Shown here: piece by piece, positions 12,936 through 24,590 of the stretch | Position numbering within the stretch: the first letter of the stretch is position 1 | Layout of the letters: each line of letters begins with the position of its first letter | Assembly: GCA_963754925.1 (NCBI GenBank) | Contig: CAVWHX010000009.1 | Span: 106,526 to 170,525, forward strand | Source: an uncultured delta proteobacterium | GTDB taxonomy: Bacteria > Myxococcota > B64-G9 | Direction of reading: 5' to 3' | DNA: 64,000 nt | Position numbers and translations under genes: made by a program | Notes under the pieces: model-generated | What the model was told of the DNA's origin: nothing | The model's database searches: none | Seen by the model: only the letters and a program-made list of their open reading frames with translations

Positions 12936-13421
12936 TCACGGCTTCTTGAGACTCCCTGTCTCTGATTTCGTGGCTTGTTCCTTCGAGCAACGATCGCAAA
13001 CACCGCGCACCTCGATGCGCGCGCCGAGGATACTGCCGAATTCCTTCACCAACACCGGGATGCTAAGTGCGTTGAGCTCCGCGCTCTCGAAATCGCGCGT
13101 GAGGCCACAGCGCACGCATACGTAGTGATGGTGGTGCACGAGGTTGGCGTCGAAGCGCACGCTCTCGCGTCTCGGCCCCAGCGTCGAGACGAGGCCGAGG
13201 TCGTTTAGCAGCCAGAGCGTTCGGTAGACGGTGTCGAGCGAGACCGTGGGCATCCGTGGCTGAACCGCCTTGAGTACGGCCTCCGCGCTTGGGTGATCCA
13301 GGCTCGCGGCGACTTCGCGAAAGATCTCGAGCCGTTGGTGGGTGAGCTTGACGCCTGCCTGCCTGGCGGCCTCCCTGAAGTGCTCGACCCGGCGCTCGAC
13401 CTCGCTCATTTCTACCTTCAT
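12936..13421 (-). CDS. Fur-family (PerR/FurA-like) transcriptional repressor
   Basis: KLTHQRLEI, HPSAE, SLDTVYRTL, HHHHYVCVRCG, RGVCDRC; directly upstream of katG. Confidence 0.93.
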   Translation of the reverse strand: MKVEMSEVERRVEHFREAARQAGVKLTHQRLEIFREVAASLDHPSAEAVLKAVQPRMPTVSLDTVYRTLWLLNDLGLVSTLGPRRESVRFDANLVHHHHYVCVRCGLTRDFESAELNALSIPVLVKEFGSILGARIEVRGVCDRCSKEQATKSETGSLKKP

Positions 13422-13455
13422 ATCCGCTCCTATCTGCTAGCATTACGCAGGTTGG

Positions 13456-13484
13456 AATCTACTGACATTTAGATCGGATGTCAA
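13456..13484 (-). promoter_or_regulatory. sigma70 promoter of fur-katG with an overlapping inverted repeat
   Basis: Minus strand TTGACA-17 nt-TAGATT; TGACAT-N9-ATGTCA palindrome at 13463-13483. Confidence 0.72.
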
Positions 13485-13534
13485 TACCATAACGTCGAGG
13501 CGTTTCAACCAGCTGAAATCGAATGGGAAAATGT

Positions 13535-13560
13535 AAAACGCCCACCTTGGTTGGTGGGCG
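13535..13560 (-). terminator. Terminator hairpin downstream of tRNA-Asn
   Basis: CGCCCACC-TTGGTT-GGTGGGCG followed by TTTT on the minus strand. Confidence 0.72.
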
Positions 13561-13568
13561 GGATAATT

Positions 13569-13644
13569 TGGCTCCCGAGGAGGGACTCGAACCCCCGGCC
13601 CAGTGGTTAACAGCCACTTGCTCTACCGGCTGAGCTACTCGGGA
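13569..13644 (-). tRNA. tRNA-Asn(GTT)
   Basis: TCCCGAG-TAGCTCAGCCGGTAGAGC-A-AGTGG-CTGTTAA-CCACT-GGGCC-GGGGG-TTCGAGT-CCCTC-CTCGGGA-G-CCA; full cloverleaf with encoded CCA. Confidence 0.98.
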
Positions 13645-13802
13645 ATAAACTCAAAAGCAAAGGAGGGCGTGATTAATCACGTCCCTTACCTCATATGCTC
13701 GTAAAAGAACCAAAAGCGACCAAACCAATTACACTTATTCCCCCCGGGTGTCAAGGAAAGACGCCGGCGCCCCCCACCCGGCCCCTAAAGGAATAAGTGG
13801 CT

Positions 13803-13956
13803 GGAACGCTCGCTTCGCTGAGGAACTCAATCTTATCCCCTTCGGGGATGTAGAAATTCTTACTGAGCAAAGCGAAGTTAGTATTTCTTATCCCCTTCGG
13901 GGATAAGAGCCCGTAAAGCTCGCGTCCCCTGTCGGGAACGCTCGCTAACGGGCTCT
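13803..13956. repeat. Cluster of REP-like palindromes
   Basis: TCTTATCCCCTTCGGGGAT x2 (13831, 13886), GGAACGCTCGCT x2, AGAGCCCGT...ACGGGCTCT stem at 13906-13956. Confidence 0.75.
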
Positions 13957-15088
13957 TACTGCGCGGCCTTGCGGTTGATTTTGAAAGCGTAGAGCTTTTG
14001 ATCGCCTGAGGTGACGTACAACCGGTCGCCGTCCAGAATCGGATCGCTCTCGATCTTATAGTTAGTCCTGAAAGACCACACCTGCTGGCAATCGGCTCGA
14101 TTGATGGCGTAGATCGACCCGTCGCCCTGGCCCGCCCCGAAAATCGCCACATCCTGGTAAAAAACCGGGTAGGAGATCACCGGTCCTTTGGCCGTGAAGT
14201 GGCACTTTTCTTTTCCGTTAGCGGAATCGAGCGCATAGAGGTTGCCATCGTTGGACCCGATAAAAAGCGTCCCATCTATGATGCGGGGAGAGCTGAGCAC
14301 ATTGCCGCCGGTTTTAAACTTCCATTTGACCGTGGCGCCCGTGGCCGCATCAATGGCATAAACCTGATCGTCCTTCGAACCAAAATAAACCGTGCCTTTT
14401 TCGACCCAGGCGGTCGAGGTAATCCCCTCACCGGCTTTAAAAATCCACTTCAGCGAGCCATCCACGACATTGAGGGCATACATATTGCCGTCGAGGTTGC
14501 CGATGTACAGCACGCCTTCGCTGATTACCGGTGCGGCATACGAAAACGAACCGGGCGAAAGCGCCGAGGCGGATGGCTCATCAGACTTGGCCTCGCCGGT
14601 CTTCGCGGCATCGGGGGGAACTGCCATAGCTTCTTCCCGTTATCAGCGGCCAGAGCATAGACGTGGCCGTCGTAGCTGGTCAGGTAGACGACGCCGTTTT
14701 CAACCACCGGATCCGACTTGATCCGGTCGCGGGTGATGTACTTCCATCTGAGCTGCCCGTTGAAATCGAGCGCATAGAAGGTCTGATTCGTCGCCCCAAA
14801 AAAGATCAGCTTCCCGTCCGTCTGCGGATGCGCAAAGATCCCCGAGCTGGCCGTCTGGAACTGCCAACGAGTGCGGCCGTTGCGATCGACGGCGTTCATC
14901 ACGCCTGATTCAGACCCGAAAACAATCAAGTCCTCGACGACGAGCGGCGTGGAGTAGATCGGCGAGCTCGTCCCAAACTCCCACAATTTTTCAAAATCCG
15001 AAGTGCACCCCGCGGCCATGCCCACACCAACAACCAGTAGAAACACCTCTGCAACTTTTAGTAACCTGGAAGACTGAGTCATTATCAC
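13956..15088 (-). CDS. PQQ-like beta-propeller repeat lipoprotein (BamB/AfsK-type), frameshifted at a C homopolymer near 14615
   Basis: Lipobox-like MAAGC; repeated S(S/T)P...G.vy.gs.DG..YAl.a..G...W blades in both ORFs; one extra C restores WQFPPDAAK. Confidence 0.88.
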
Positions 15089-15235
15089 TCCCCCTTGAAT
15101 TCGGGTACAAATAGTTGCAGCCTTTTCAATACCATCGCCCGGTGGAAGTTGTCAATGATAGTTGAGGAATGAATGCACGACTGGATCGCTTGCTACAATT
15201 TCTTAGATGAGGTTGGATGAGCGAGAGGTGCCCCT

Positions 15236-17741
15236 ATGCCCGTTGTAGTCGATCTCAACAAACGCACGATAACCGGCGCCATTCGCGATTTGACCGAATC
15301 GATCCGCGAGGGCGCACGCGGCCTTGGATTGCTCGGCCGCGTTCGGTCGGAGTTGGGCACGCGCATTCACCAGAATTACCGCCGGACGCGCGCTCAACAC
15401 GAAGGATTCTCGAGTGAAGTGGCCGTGGCGCTGCACACCGAGTTCGACGGGTTTCAGGTCGCCCTGCGGGGCCGCATTGACGGTTGTATCCGCGGCCCCG
15501 ACGAGGTCGTGCTTGAAGAAGTAAAGTCGGTGTCGTTGGGCATGCCCGATTTGGTCCGCATGAACGCCGAAAGCTTTCCGGAATACAGTCTGCAGCTACG
15601 ACTCTATGCGCTGGCCTACGCTCCCGAACATCCGCAGCAAACGATCCGAACGCGCCTGATCCTCTTCTCGCTCATCGATAACGGAAGCCGCGAGATCCTG
15701 GTCCCCGTTAATCCAGCCGATACCCGCGCGCAATTGGTGGACCTGCTTCGGCAACGGATTAGCGAAGCGGAGAAACAGCGTGAGCGAGCTGCGCGGTTTG
15801 CCGACCTCGCCGCAAAACTGAGGTTTCCCTATCCCGCCCTGCGCCCCCATCAGGCGGAATTGATGAACGTCATGGAGGCGGGCCTCAGCGCGAGCCGCCC
15901 GGTGCTGGCCATGGCGCCGACCGGGATCGGTAAGACGGTGAGCGCGTTGTTGACGGGGTTGCGGTATGTTCTCCAAAAGAATACGCAGCTCGTGTACGTA
16001 ACCGCCAAGACCACCCAACAGCCCCTGGTGGAGCGCACGTTTGAAGACATCTGCGTAAACGCCGAAATACCGTCCGGAGCGTTGCGCTGCCTCACCCTGC
16101 GTAACAAGGAAAGCATGTGCCCCTCCGGTTCGTTGCTGTGCCACGCGGAGGTGTGCGAGTTTCTCGAAGATTTTCCGGCGCGCGTCGAGCGATCGCGGGC
16201 GATTGAGAAACTGTTGCAGCTTGGCGCGCGGATCGATCCGGATGCCGTCCGGGCGCTCGGCGAAGCGCATCGGTTGTGCCCCTTTGCCCTGTCGCTGATG
16301 CTTATCCCCGAGGTGCAACTCGTTATCTGCGATTACAATTATATGTATGATCCGAGCGTAGCGCTCGCTCAATTCTCCGATGCAACGACCCTTAAGCCGG
16401 CGGTGATCATCGACGAGGCCCATAACCTGTTCGACCGCGCCCGCGGCTACTACTCGCCGTTTCTGGCAAGCCGCGCACTCGATGAGCTTGATCAACGACT
16501 CGTAAGCGGCGAGTTTTTGGGGTGTTCTGACCGTACGGATCAGCTTTCGTTCCGCCCGCTACTTGGCAGCATCAACGGCCCGGTTTTGTTCGAACGGCTG
16601 CGCGGGTTTGTAGCCCAGCTCAAAGATAGCGTCGCAAAAACCCTGACCGCGGCCGCGACCCTCGAAGGCGGCCTCGACCACTGCCGGCCGGTCGAGCCCG
16701 AGCGCGATCGCTGGCACGACCACGCCGAGCGCGCCGCCGAGTTGCTCCTTGCCTACGCCCTCTACAACCGGACCCATGCGCTCGCGTACGCTCAGGATCC
16801 GATACTGGATCTCCTTTCCCTGGTGATTCACCTGCGCGACGTGGTATCCGCTGCGGGCAAAGAAATTGTTCCCTACGCGGCGTTTGCCGAAGCGCCGCAA
16901 AGCGAGGGTTTCCGGCTGCCTGTGCATCAACCCGGCCAAGCGGCTGCTCGAGCGACACCGACAGATGGCCGGCACCATCGCCATCAGCGCCACCCTGACA
17001 CCGTTATCGTATTACGAGGATGTGCTGGGCTTCGCCGCGCTGAATCCGGTCATGGCGTCATTCGCCTCGCCGTTTCCCCGCGAGAACCTCGGCGTCTGGG
17101 TGGTGCCGTCGGTCTCTACCGCCTTTCGCGCACGCGGCCGTCACCGCGAAGCTATCGCGCGAATCATCGAACAAACGTACGAAGCCAAACACGGGCGGTA
17201 CGTCGCCTTTTTTCCGAGTTATCAGTTCTTAACCGAAGTGCATCCGATCTTGAAGATTCCGGCGGAACACGTGCTGGTGCAGCAACAAGGCCTTACCGGA
17301 CCGGAGCGAAAGCGGTTGCTTACCGCCTTCCGCGAGAGCTCGGGCCCCGTATTGCTGCTGGCGGTGATGGGCGGGGTGTACGCCGAAGGGATCGATCTGC
17401 CGGGCGCAGAACTCATTGGGGCGGTCGTCATCGGCCCGGGTTTTCCTCAGGTGGGTTTCGAGCGGGCGGTCATGCGGGATTACTTCGAACGCGAGTACGA
17501 GCGCGGTTTTGCGTATGCGATGGTGTACCCGGGAATGCAACGGGTAATCCAATCGGCCGGCCGGGTGATCCGCACTCCGGATGACGCCGGGGTGATCGTC
17601 TTGGCCGACCGCCGCTTTGCCGATGCGGAGCTTGCCGCCTGCCTTCCGGCGCACTGGTATCGCTACGATCCCAGCGAGTTGGTCACGGATGATTTACCAA
17701 AGGCTTTGGCCGCCTTTTGGGAATCCGTTATTTCCCCATGA
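15236..17741 (+). CDS. Fe-S DinG/XPD-family ATP-dependent DNA helicase with an N-terminal PD-(D/E)XK nuclease domain; 1-bp frameshift near 16912
   Basis: GTRIH, GRIDG..EEVKS, QLRLYA (RecB/Cas4-like); APTGIGKT, Fe-S Cys (C..C..C...CPF), IDEAHNL; second frame SATL, FFPSY, EGIDL, QSAGRVIR. Confidence 0.92.
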
Positions 17742-19870
17742 GCACGACGCTGCTGCGAGGACTGGTATGATAGAATTCAGCCGGATCAATCAACACCTCT
17801 TTGCCAAAATCACAAAAGTCCTCTCCCGGCGCGAGGCTGGTGTCAACCACGCGATGCCACCTTAATCCTTTCGGCAATGGCGGAAGCTTCACATGACTAT
17901 GCTGGTAGTCGGCGTTGAGAATAAAAAACAGTCGATAATCGCCGATTTCTGACGGTTCGTCCCGGCCGTCGAGAAAACAACACAGTGTCCTGGCATTGGG
18001 ATCGTCCCAGCGGGGCTTCTTCCCATCCGGACCAAACCAAGCAAGATGCGGAGCGTCGCTTGCGTCCTCTCCCGGGACCCAACTAAATTTGCGCCGATAG
18101 AGGATGGTGCAGTGCTTATTAAACTCAATCGCCTTGCGAAAGAACGTATAGATATCGCGATTGCGATCGACCAAGCTCCAATCAAACCAGGAAATCTCAT
18201 TGTCCTGGCAATAGGCGTTGTTGTTGCCCTTCTGGGTGCGCAAGAACTCATCCCCGCCCAGGATCATCGGCGTGCCGAGCGAGAACAACAGGTGGCAGAT
18301 ATAATTTTTTACTAATTTGCGGCGCAACGAGTTGATCTCGGGATCGTCGGTTTTTCCCTCGGCTCCGCAGTTCCAGGAATTATTGTCATCGCTTCCGTCG
18401 CGGTTGTTCTCTTGGTTGGCCTCGTTGTGTTTCTCGTTGTATGAAACCAGGTCGTAGAGGGTAAAGCCGTCATGGCAGGTGATGAAGTTGATGCTGTTGA
18501 AGGCCGAGCGCCCGTCATCGCCGTACAGATCGGCCGAGCCGGTAATCCGCCAGGCGAGCTCGCGCAATTGACCGCTGTCGCCCTTGCCGAACCGACGGCA
18601 AACATCCCGAAAGCGCCCATTCCACTCGGACCAGTCGATCGGAAAGTTGCCGACCTGGTAGGTGGCCAGGTCCCAGGGCTCGGCGATGAGCTTGATGCGG
18701 TTGAGGGCCGGGTCCTGTGAAACGGCGTCAAAAAACGACGCCGAACGATGGAATGACTCTTCGCGCCGCCCGAGCACCGAGGCCAGATCAAAACGGAAAT
18801 CCGTCGACATGCATGACGTCGACCCAGTAGCGCAGCGAGTCCATCACCAGTCGAATGGCCTGCGGATCGTCGCTGTTCAGACTATTGCCGCAGCCGGTAT
18901 AGTTCATGCATAACGGCGTCCGGCTCTTCCGTTGTCTCCGATGAGGACGTAGTAGGTCGGGTTGTCGATCCCCCTGAAAGCAGACCGTCGGCCCCAGCTC
19001 GTTGCCCTCGCCGGTATGGTTGTACACCACGTCGAGAATCACCTCAATGCCGGCCTTATGAAGCTCGCGCACCAAGGTCTTGAACTCGCGCACCTGGCAT
19101 CCCGGCGCTCGTTGACTGCTATAGGACCATTCGGGGGAGAAGAATCCGATGCTGTTGTATCCCCAGTAATTGGTCAGCCCGCGCTCGATGATAAAATCCT
19201 CGACATAAAATTCGTGCAGCGGCAGAAGCTCCACCGCGTTAATCCCCAGCTCCTTGAGGTGAGGAATCTTCTCGATGAATCCGAGGTACGTGCCCGGGTA
19301 GCGAACCTTCGACGAGGGATGGGCGGTAAACCCCTTGACGTGAACCTCGTAAATAACAACTTTCTCAAGCGGGAGGTCGGGCGGCGTATCGCCCTGCCAG
19401 TCAAAGGCGTCGTCGATCACCAGGCATTTGGGAACGATCGCGGTGTTGTCGCGCGGCATCCATGGTCAGGTCGGGTTGCGGCGCCCACGCATCGTAGCCC
19501 AGCAGCAGATTGTTCGGTGTTGTCGAAATTTTCCGGTCAGCGCCTTGGCGTAGGGGTCGACGAGCAGCTTGTTCTCGTTGAAGCGCAAGCCCGCGAGCGG
19601 ATGGTAATCGCCCCGGACTTTATATGCATACAGCTGTCCGGCCGTGCACCCATGAACGAAAACGTGCCAAATGCGCCTGCTGTAATTTTCTAACTTGATA
19701 ATGTCGGTGGGCGGTCGATCGGCCCGGTCAAAAAGCAGCAAAAAAACTTCGCGCGCACGTTGAGAGTGCAGCGCAAAATTAACCCCGTCGGGCGTCAGCG
19801 TGGCGCCTTGCGGGTGAAAGCTCCCCGGCGACAGTTTTCGTTTGGTTTTGTGCTCGAGACGGTACTTCAT
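17728..19870 (-). CDS. glgX: Glycogen debranching enzyme (isoamylase), split by several 1-bp indels
   Basis: GVNFAL, DPYAKA, IYEVHVKGFT, NYWGYN, DVVYNHTGEG, DGFRFDLA, IAEPWD, NFITCHDGFTL, NNNAYCQDN. Confidence 0.95.
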
Positions 19871-19901
19871 GACTCAACTATCCCATCGGCCCCTGAACAG
19901 A

Positions 19902-21402
19902 TTACCGTTTTTCCTCGCGTTGGCGAGCCAGTACACTATGATACCGCCCATAAGAAAAGTAAATCCCAAAACCAAGCAACAGCCAAACCGCCAAACGCAG
20001 CCAGTTCTCAGGTGGTAAGGAAAACATCAGCACCAGGCAAAAAATAATCCCGAGAATCGGCACCAGCGGCACAAAGGGAGCCCGAAACGGTCGTTTGGCG
20101 TCAGGATTGGTCTTGCGCATGATCAATACCGCCGCGCAGACTATTACAAACGCGAGCAAGGTGCCGATATTTACGAGTTCCGCCAGGAACCGGATGGGCA
20201 AGAACGCCGCCATGGTTCCAACGAATATTCCGGTGACGATGGATGATTTCCAGGGGGTGCGAAAACGCGGGTGCACCGCGCCGAAGAAGCTTTTCGGTAA
20301 CAATCCGTCGCGTGCTATCGCGAGCAACACCCGCGGCTGGCTGAGCATCAATACCAGCATCACCGACGTGATCCCGGCCACCGCGCCGAGCGAGACTAAA
20401 AACTGCGCCCAGGTCAATCCTACCTGGCGGAACGCATCCGGAAACCGGCGCATTGATGTTGATCTTATTATAAGGAACCATCCCGGTGAGAACCGCCGCC
20501 ACGGCGATGTACAGCACCGTGCAAATCAAAAGCGATGCGATCAATCCAATCGGCACGTCGCGCTGGGGCTGGCGGGCTTCCTCGGCGTGGGTCGAGATCG
20601 AATCAAAACCGATGTAGGCGAAGAAAATCATGCCGGCCCCGGCCAGCATGCCGAGCGGCTCGCCTCCAGCGCCCTCCTGGCCGACAATGGTTTTACCGAA
20701 GAAGCTTACCCCGCTCATGCCATAGGGAGCGAACGGGTGCCAGTTGTCCGGGTTAATATAAAAGGCCCCTACCCCGATCACCATCAGGATTATCACGAGC
20801 TTGGTAATCACCATGGCCGTGTTGAAGGTGGCGCTCTCTTTAATGCCCTTGACCAAGATGATGGTTATGATGATGACAATGACCAGGGCCGGCAGATCAA
20901 ACAGCGCATCGGTGGTCTTAAAAACTCCGGCCGCGACATCATAGTCAAACGGCGCTTGCGCAAGGGCTGCCGGCACTTGGTAGCCAAAGATGCCGATAAA
21001 GTCCTGGAAGTATTTCGACCAACCGTTGGCAACCGTGGCCGAGCTGACTGAATACTCCAGCACCAGATCCCAGCCGATGATCCAGGCGAACAACTCCCCC
21101 AGGGTAGCGTACGCGTACGTGTACACCGAGCCGGCCACCGGCACCATCGAAGCAAACTCGGCATAGCACACGGCGGCGAAAATGCATGCCACCCCCGCAA
21201 CGGTAAACGACAACATCAAGGCCGGCCCGGTTTTATCGTGAGCGGTCAACCCAACTAGAACGAAGATCCCGGTGCCGATGATGGCGCCTACGCCCAGGCT
21301 GGTGAGCGTCACCGGACCGAGGACCCGACGCAGGCGGTTTTCGCCCTTCATTTCCTCCAACAACAGCGAAAGCGGCTTGGTCTTGAAGAGATTGCTTGCC
21401 AT
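19902..21402 (-). CDS. APC-family amino acid permease (cationic amino acid transporter-like), frameshift near 20450
   Basis: GAIIGTGIF, CYAEFAS..PVAGS.YTY, FFAYIGFD, ARDGLLP, LVNIGTL, RPFRAP. Confidence 0.93.
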
Positions 21403-21589
21403 GTATGAGCCTCGTCCCTGATATCCGATGCTCGGATTCGTTCATCAACATCGCTTGTCTCCCAAACCGGGCAACTCGTCCGAGACGGTATCCGAACGAG
21501 GCTATGATGTCAAAGTGTGTTTCCAATATTTTATTAATTTGCAAAATCATTGAATCAGCGTTTCGTTGATTGTAAATGTTACGACCTAT

Positions 21590-21830
21590 ATGGATAACAA
21601 CCCAAAAGAACGACTTCGTTTTTTAGATGCGTTACGGGGGTTAGCTGCGCTATGGATTGCCACCTTTATATCAGTATATATATAGTCAGCAAATCGCGGT
21701 ATCGATAAAATTTCTGGCCATATCCTGCCTAACAATAGCGTCAGTTATCTGCATTTCTTTCATTGTCTATCAGCTCATTGAGAAACCGGGTATTGCACTC
21801 GGTAAAAAAGTCTTGAACTCGATACGTTAA
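21590..21830 (+). pseudogene. Acyltransferase-3 (OafA-like) relic with only the N- and C-termini left
   Basis: MDNNPKERLRFLDALRGLAALW...* followed in another frame by ...ISFIVYQLIEKPGIALGKKVLNSIR*. Confidence 0.8.
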
Positions 21831-22162
21831 TTGCTAAAGACTATTGTAGACAACAACGATAACCGACTGTTTCATGATTTCCTACTAACAGGAAACTTCA
21901 AATACCCCATCGCTCAACGCAGGGTGTCGGTCAACCCGGGCCTCTACCACGAGGTCGGCCTCTCTGATCTCGATGTCCGCTTTTTGCCTTTGTCATGTTC
22001 AGCTTTTATCTGTTGCAGACGCCTTTATTGCGTAACCATAATATTAAGGCTATTGGAATACTCTTAATTGGTATTGCTCTTGTTCTTTATATAGAATTCA
22101 TGAATGTAAGACTCTATATTTTTAATCATTACTACATGAGAGGTTTTATTTTGTTGGTCCTT

Positions 22163-23272
22163 TTACAATAATCCGAGCCAGCGCTTAAATCTAACTTTTC
22201 TACCTTGTGCGAAGTAAGGCAATGGAGCTTCTGCCGGTTTCAATGCCGGGGGCGGAAGGGGTTGCGGAATTTCAATATATATACGTTCCGGTGAAATTGT
22301 CCCTTTGATTCCGTCTTTTACACCGCGGTAAAAAGTGCTTTGCGACTTCATTGTCGGATATATGTTACGGAAGTATTCGTTAATAATTCCGCGGTTTGAT
22401 CTGAAGACCTCTTTCACCATGCCTTTCGTTAGTTTATATAAATTGATGAGTATCCGGATAAGCATTCCGAGGTACACATTGAAATATAGTTTTGCGATCT
22501 GATGTTTTTTGCCGTATTTTTTTGCAAAAAGGAATGGATTTCTGCCTAGGAAATATCCGTAGGAAAATATCTTTTTCTTGTTTTTCAAATTCACACTTGA
22601 GCTTCCCTTATGAAGAATGGCCGCCTCATCTACATACACGGTGCGATAGCCCTTTGATTTTGCGCGGTAGCACCAGTCGACGTCCTCATCAGCCATCCAA
22701 TAATCTTCATCAAATAGCCCTATCTCTTTAAGAACCGAGGCTCGAATCATACAGCCATTGAAGATGATCCAGTCTACATCTTTAGGTGGCTGCTTTTGTT
22801 GTTGGTCCGGTTCGAATCTGCCTGCCGTCGTAACCAGCATCGGACTCCACTTGACCTCTCCGTATTTTCCCCAGGTATAATATGGATTGTCCATCAAAAG
22901 GTTTTTTGCGCCGACTATAGCTATCGAGGGGTCATCTTGCATGACTCGCAAAAGGGTGGAAATCGTATCGGGAAAAACCTTTGTATCTCCGTTGAGCAGC
23001 AAAATATAGTCAAAGTTTTTCTGGAGACAATAACGGAATCCAATATTATTGGCTCTACAGAAGCCAAGATCAACACCTTCCTCTATTAGGGTAACCCACT
23101 TGAAATCACGCCTGACAACTTCTGATGTATTGTCTTCTCCATTGTTTACAACAACAACTTCCAAATTTTCATATTTGACTTCTTTAAGGCTCTTGAGGCA
23201 GTCTACCAGTTCTTCCGCCTGGTTCCACGCGGGAATCTGAACGGCAATTTTTGGAGACTGTTCCTTAGGCAC
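22163..23272 (-). CDS. Glycosyltransferase family 2
   Basis: IPAWNQ, VVVVNNG, LGFCRANNIG, LLLNGDT, GLFDEDY...EDVDWCYR. Confidence 0.92.
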   Translation of the reverse strand: MPKEQSPKIAVQIPAWNQAEELVDCLKSLKEVKYENLEVVVVNNGEDNTSEVVRRDFKWVTLIEEGVDLGFCRANNIGFRYCLQKNFDYILLLNGDTKVFPDTISTLLRVMQDDPSIAIVGAKNLLMDNPYYTWGKYGEVKWSPMLVTTAGRFEPDQQQKQPPKDVDWIIFNGCMIRASVLKEIGLFDEDYWMADEDVDWCYRAKSKGYRTVYVDEAAILHKGSSSVNLKNKKKIFSYGYFLGRNPFLFAKKYGKKHQIAKLYFNVYLGMLIRILINLYKLTKGMVKEVFRSNRGIINEYFRNIYPTMKSQSTFYRGVKDGIKGTISPERIYIEIPQPLPPPALKPAEAPLPYFAQGRKVRFKRWLGLL

Positions 23273-23503
23273 GTGGTGCTCCTTGTCTTCATTATGAATC
23301 TTCGACGAATCCGTAACTGATGATAAACGGGTTTAAATAATGTTTCGGCAATATATTGCATTTCTATTGACGATTGTAAATTTAAATAACGAGCTCTTGG
23401 CTCTTGATAATAACGTAAGCCTAATTCTTGTTTTTTCAGTTGCAGTTGCGTTACTGTTGGCGACCGATGGGGTGTCTCGACTAAGTAAGAGCCCGTAATG
23501 CTC

Positions 23504-24132
23504 TGTAATGCCCCCCATTTAGCAAGCCTTTTGTAAGAGAATGTTGTGGCCAGTTTGTTCCTGTTCGAATCGTACCGGTGATTGGTATCCAAGACTCGAG
23601 TGCAAATAGCTGTTGTTGTATTCATAAAACCAGGAATTCAAGGCTTCAAAGAAAATGCTTGGATTCTTCCACTTACGAAGCCATACAAGTTCTTCCTTCA
23701 GCGTCCGCATGAATCGTTCGGTATCAGCATTGCCTTTGGGGTTGTTATAACTCGCAAATGATTGTCTGATTTTCAAAACAGCGCACGCTTCCATAAATCC
23801 CACCGAGGTGGGTTGGCAGCCATTGTCAGACATCAGATGCGGTTCATGTCCCCGAACTCCATCAGGGAATTGCCGATTGACGGCCTAGTTCAATGCCGCC
23901 AGCCAATGCCAGGCCTTCGACTGAACTCCCGCATAATGCCCCGTAACTTTCTTGGAATACCAGTCGATGACTATCACCACATAGACCCAACCAAACCCGT
24001 CGATCATCCCCTTGGTCATATCAATGCCCCACTATCGGTTGCACCGAACAGGACGCGGTTTGCTGGTATTTGCTCGCCGCGTTGCTTTCAGCTTCAGGTT
24101 GGGCATCACCAGAAGCTCGCGAAGCTGCACGT
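23504..24132 (-). mobile_element. IS3-family remnant (right end and degraded DDE integrase core)
   Basis: Terminal TGTAATGCCCCCC; SDNGCQPTS, NPKGNADTERFMRTLKEE, YNNSYLHSSLGYQSP; interrupted upstream by stops/frameshifts and the IS21 end. Confidence 0.85.
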
Positions 24133-24445
24133 TGCGTAATCCGGTCAAATCGATCAGGTATTCCGATCGAATCCGAACAAGTTTTACAGCTATTCCGATC
24201 ACCGATTAGCCTCGGTTATTCTCCGCGTCATTGGAGCGAAGCGACGCTCGTTTAAACTATCCTGTTTTCCATTTGTGAGTCAGCTGGTTTCAACTTAGAT
24301 AGTGACCGCCGGAGCATACCCGTCACCTTGTTTTTTCTCTCTATAAGGAAGCCCTCGCATGTTCGGCCCCTTCATTTTGATTCGGTGATCACGATGCACT
24401 ACCCGATCCAGGATTGAGTCAGCCAGGGTCTGACGTCCCTTATCT
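24133..24445 (-). mobile_element. istB: IS21-family remnant: right end plus istB C-terminus
   Basis: TGCGTAATCCGGTCAAATCGATCAGGTATTCCGATCGAATCCGAACA with repeated ATTCCGATC units; LADSILDRVVHRDHRIKMKGPNMR matches the IstB LADAILDRLVH..H.I.L.G.S.R motif. Confidence 0.8.
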
Positions 24446-24590
24446 ATTCGTTCGCTATTACAACGGCTGCTTCCAATGCCTTGGTGATCGACGTCAACTA
24501 GTCTTTCCAGAAAGAATAGTTGACGTCGATCACCACTGTGGTTATCTTGAGGACGATATACCATCGGCAGGTAACAAGGAGATAGGTTGA

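Noticed and set aside
13831..13908. Mini-CRISPR (two 19-bp palindromic repeats 55 bp apart) near a Cas4-like nuclease-helicase
   Set aside because: Repeats are too short, there are only two, and they sit among other hairpins; no cas1/cas2 or effector genes
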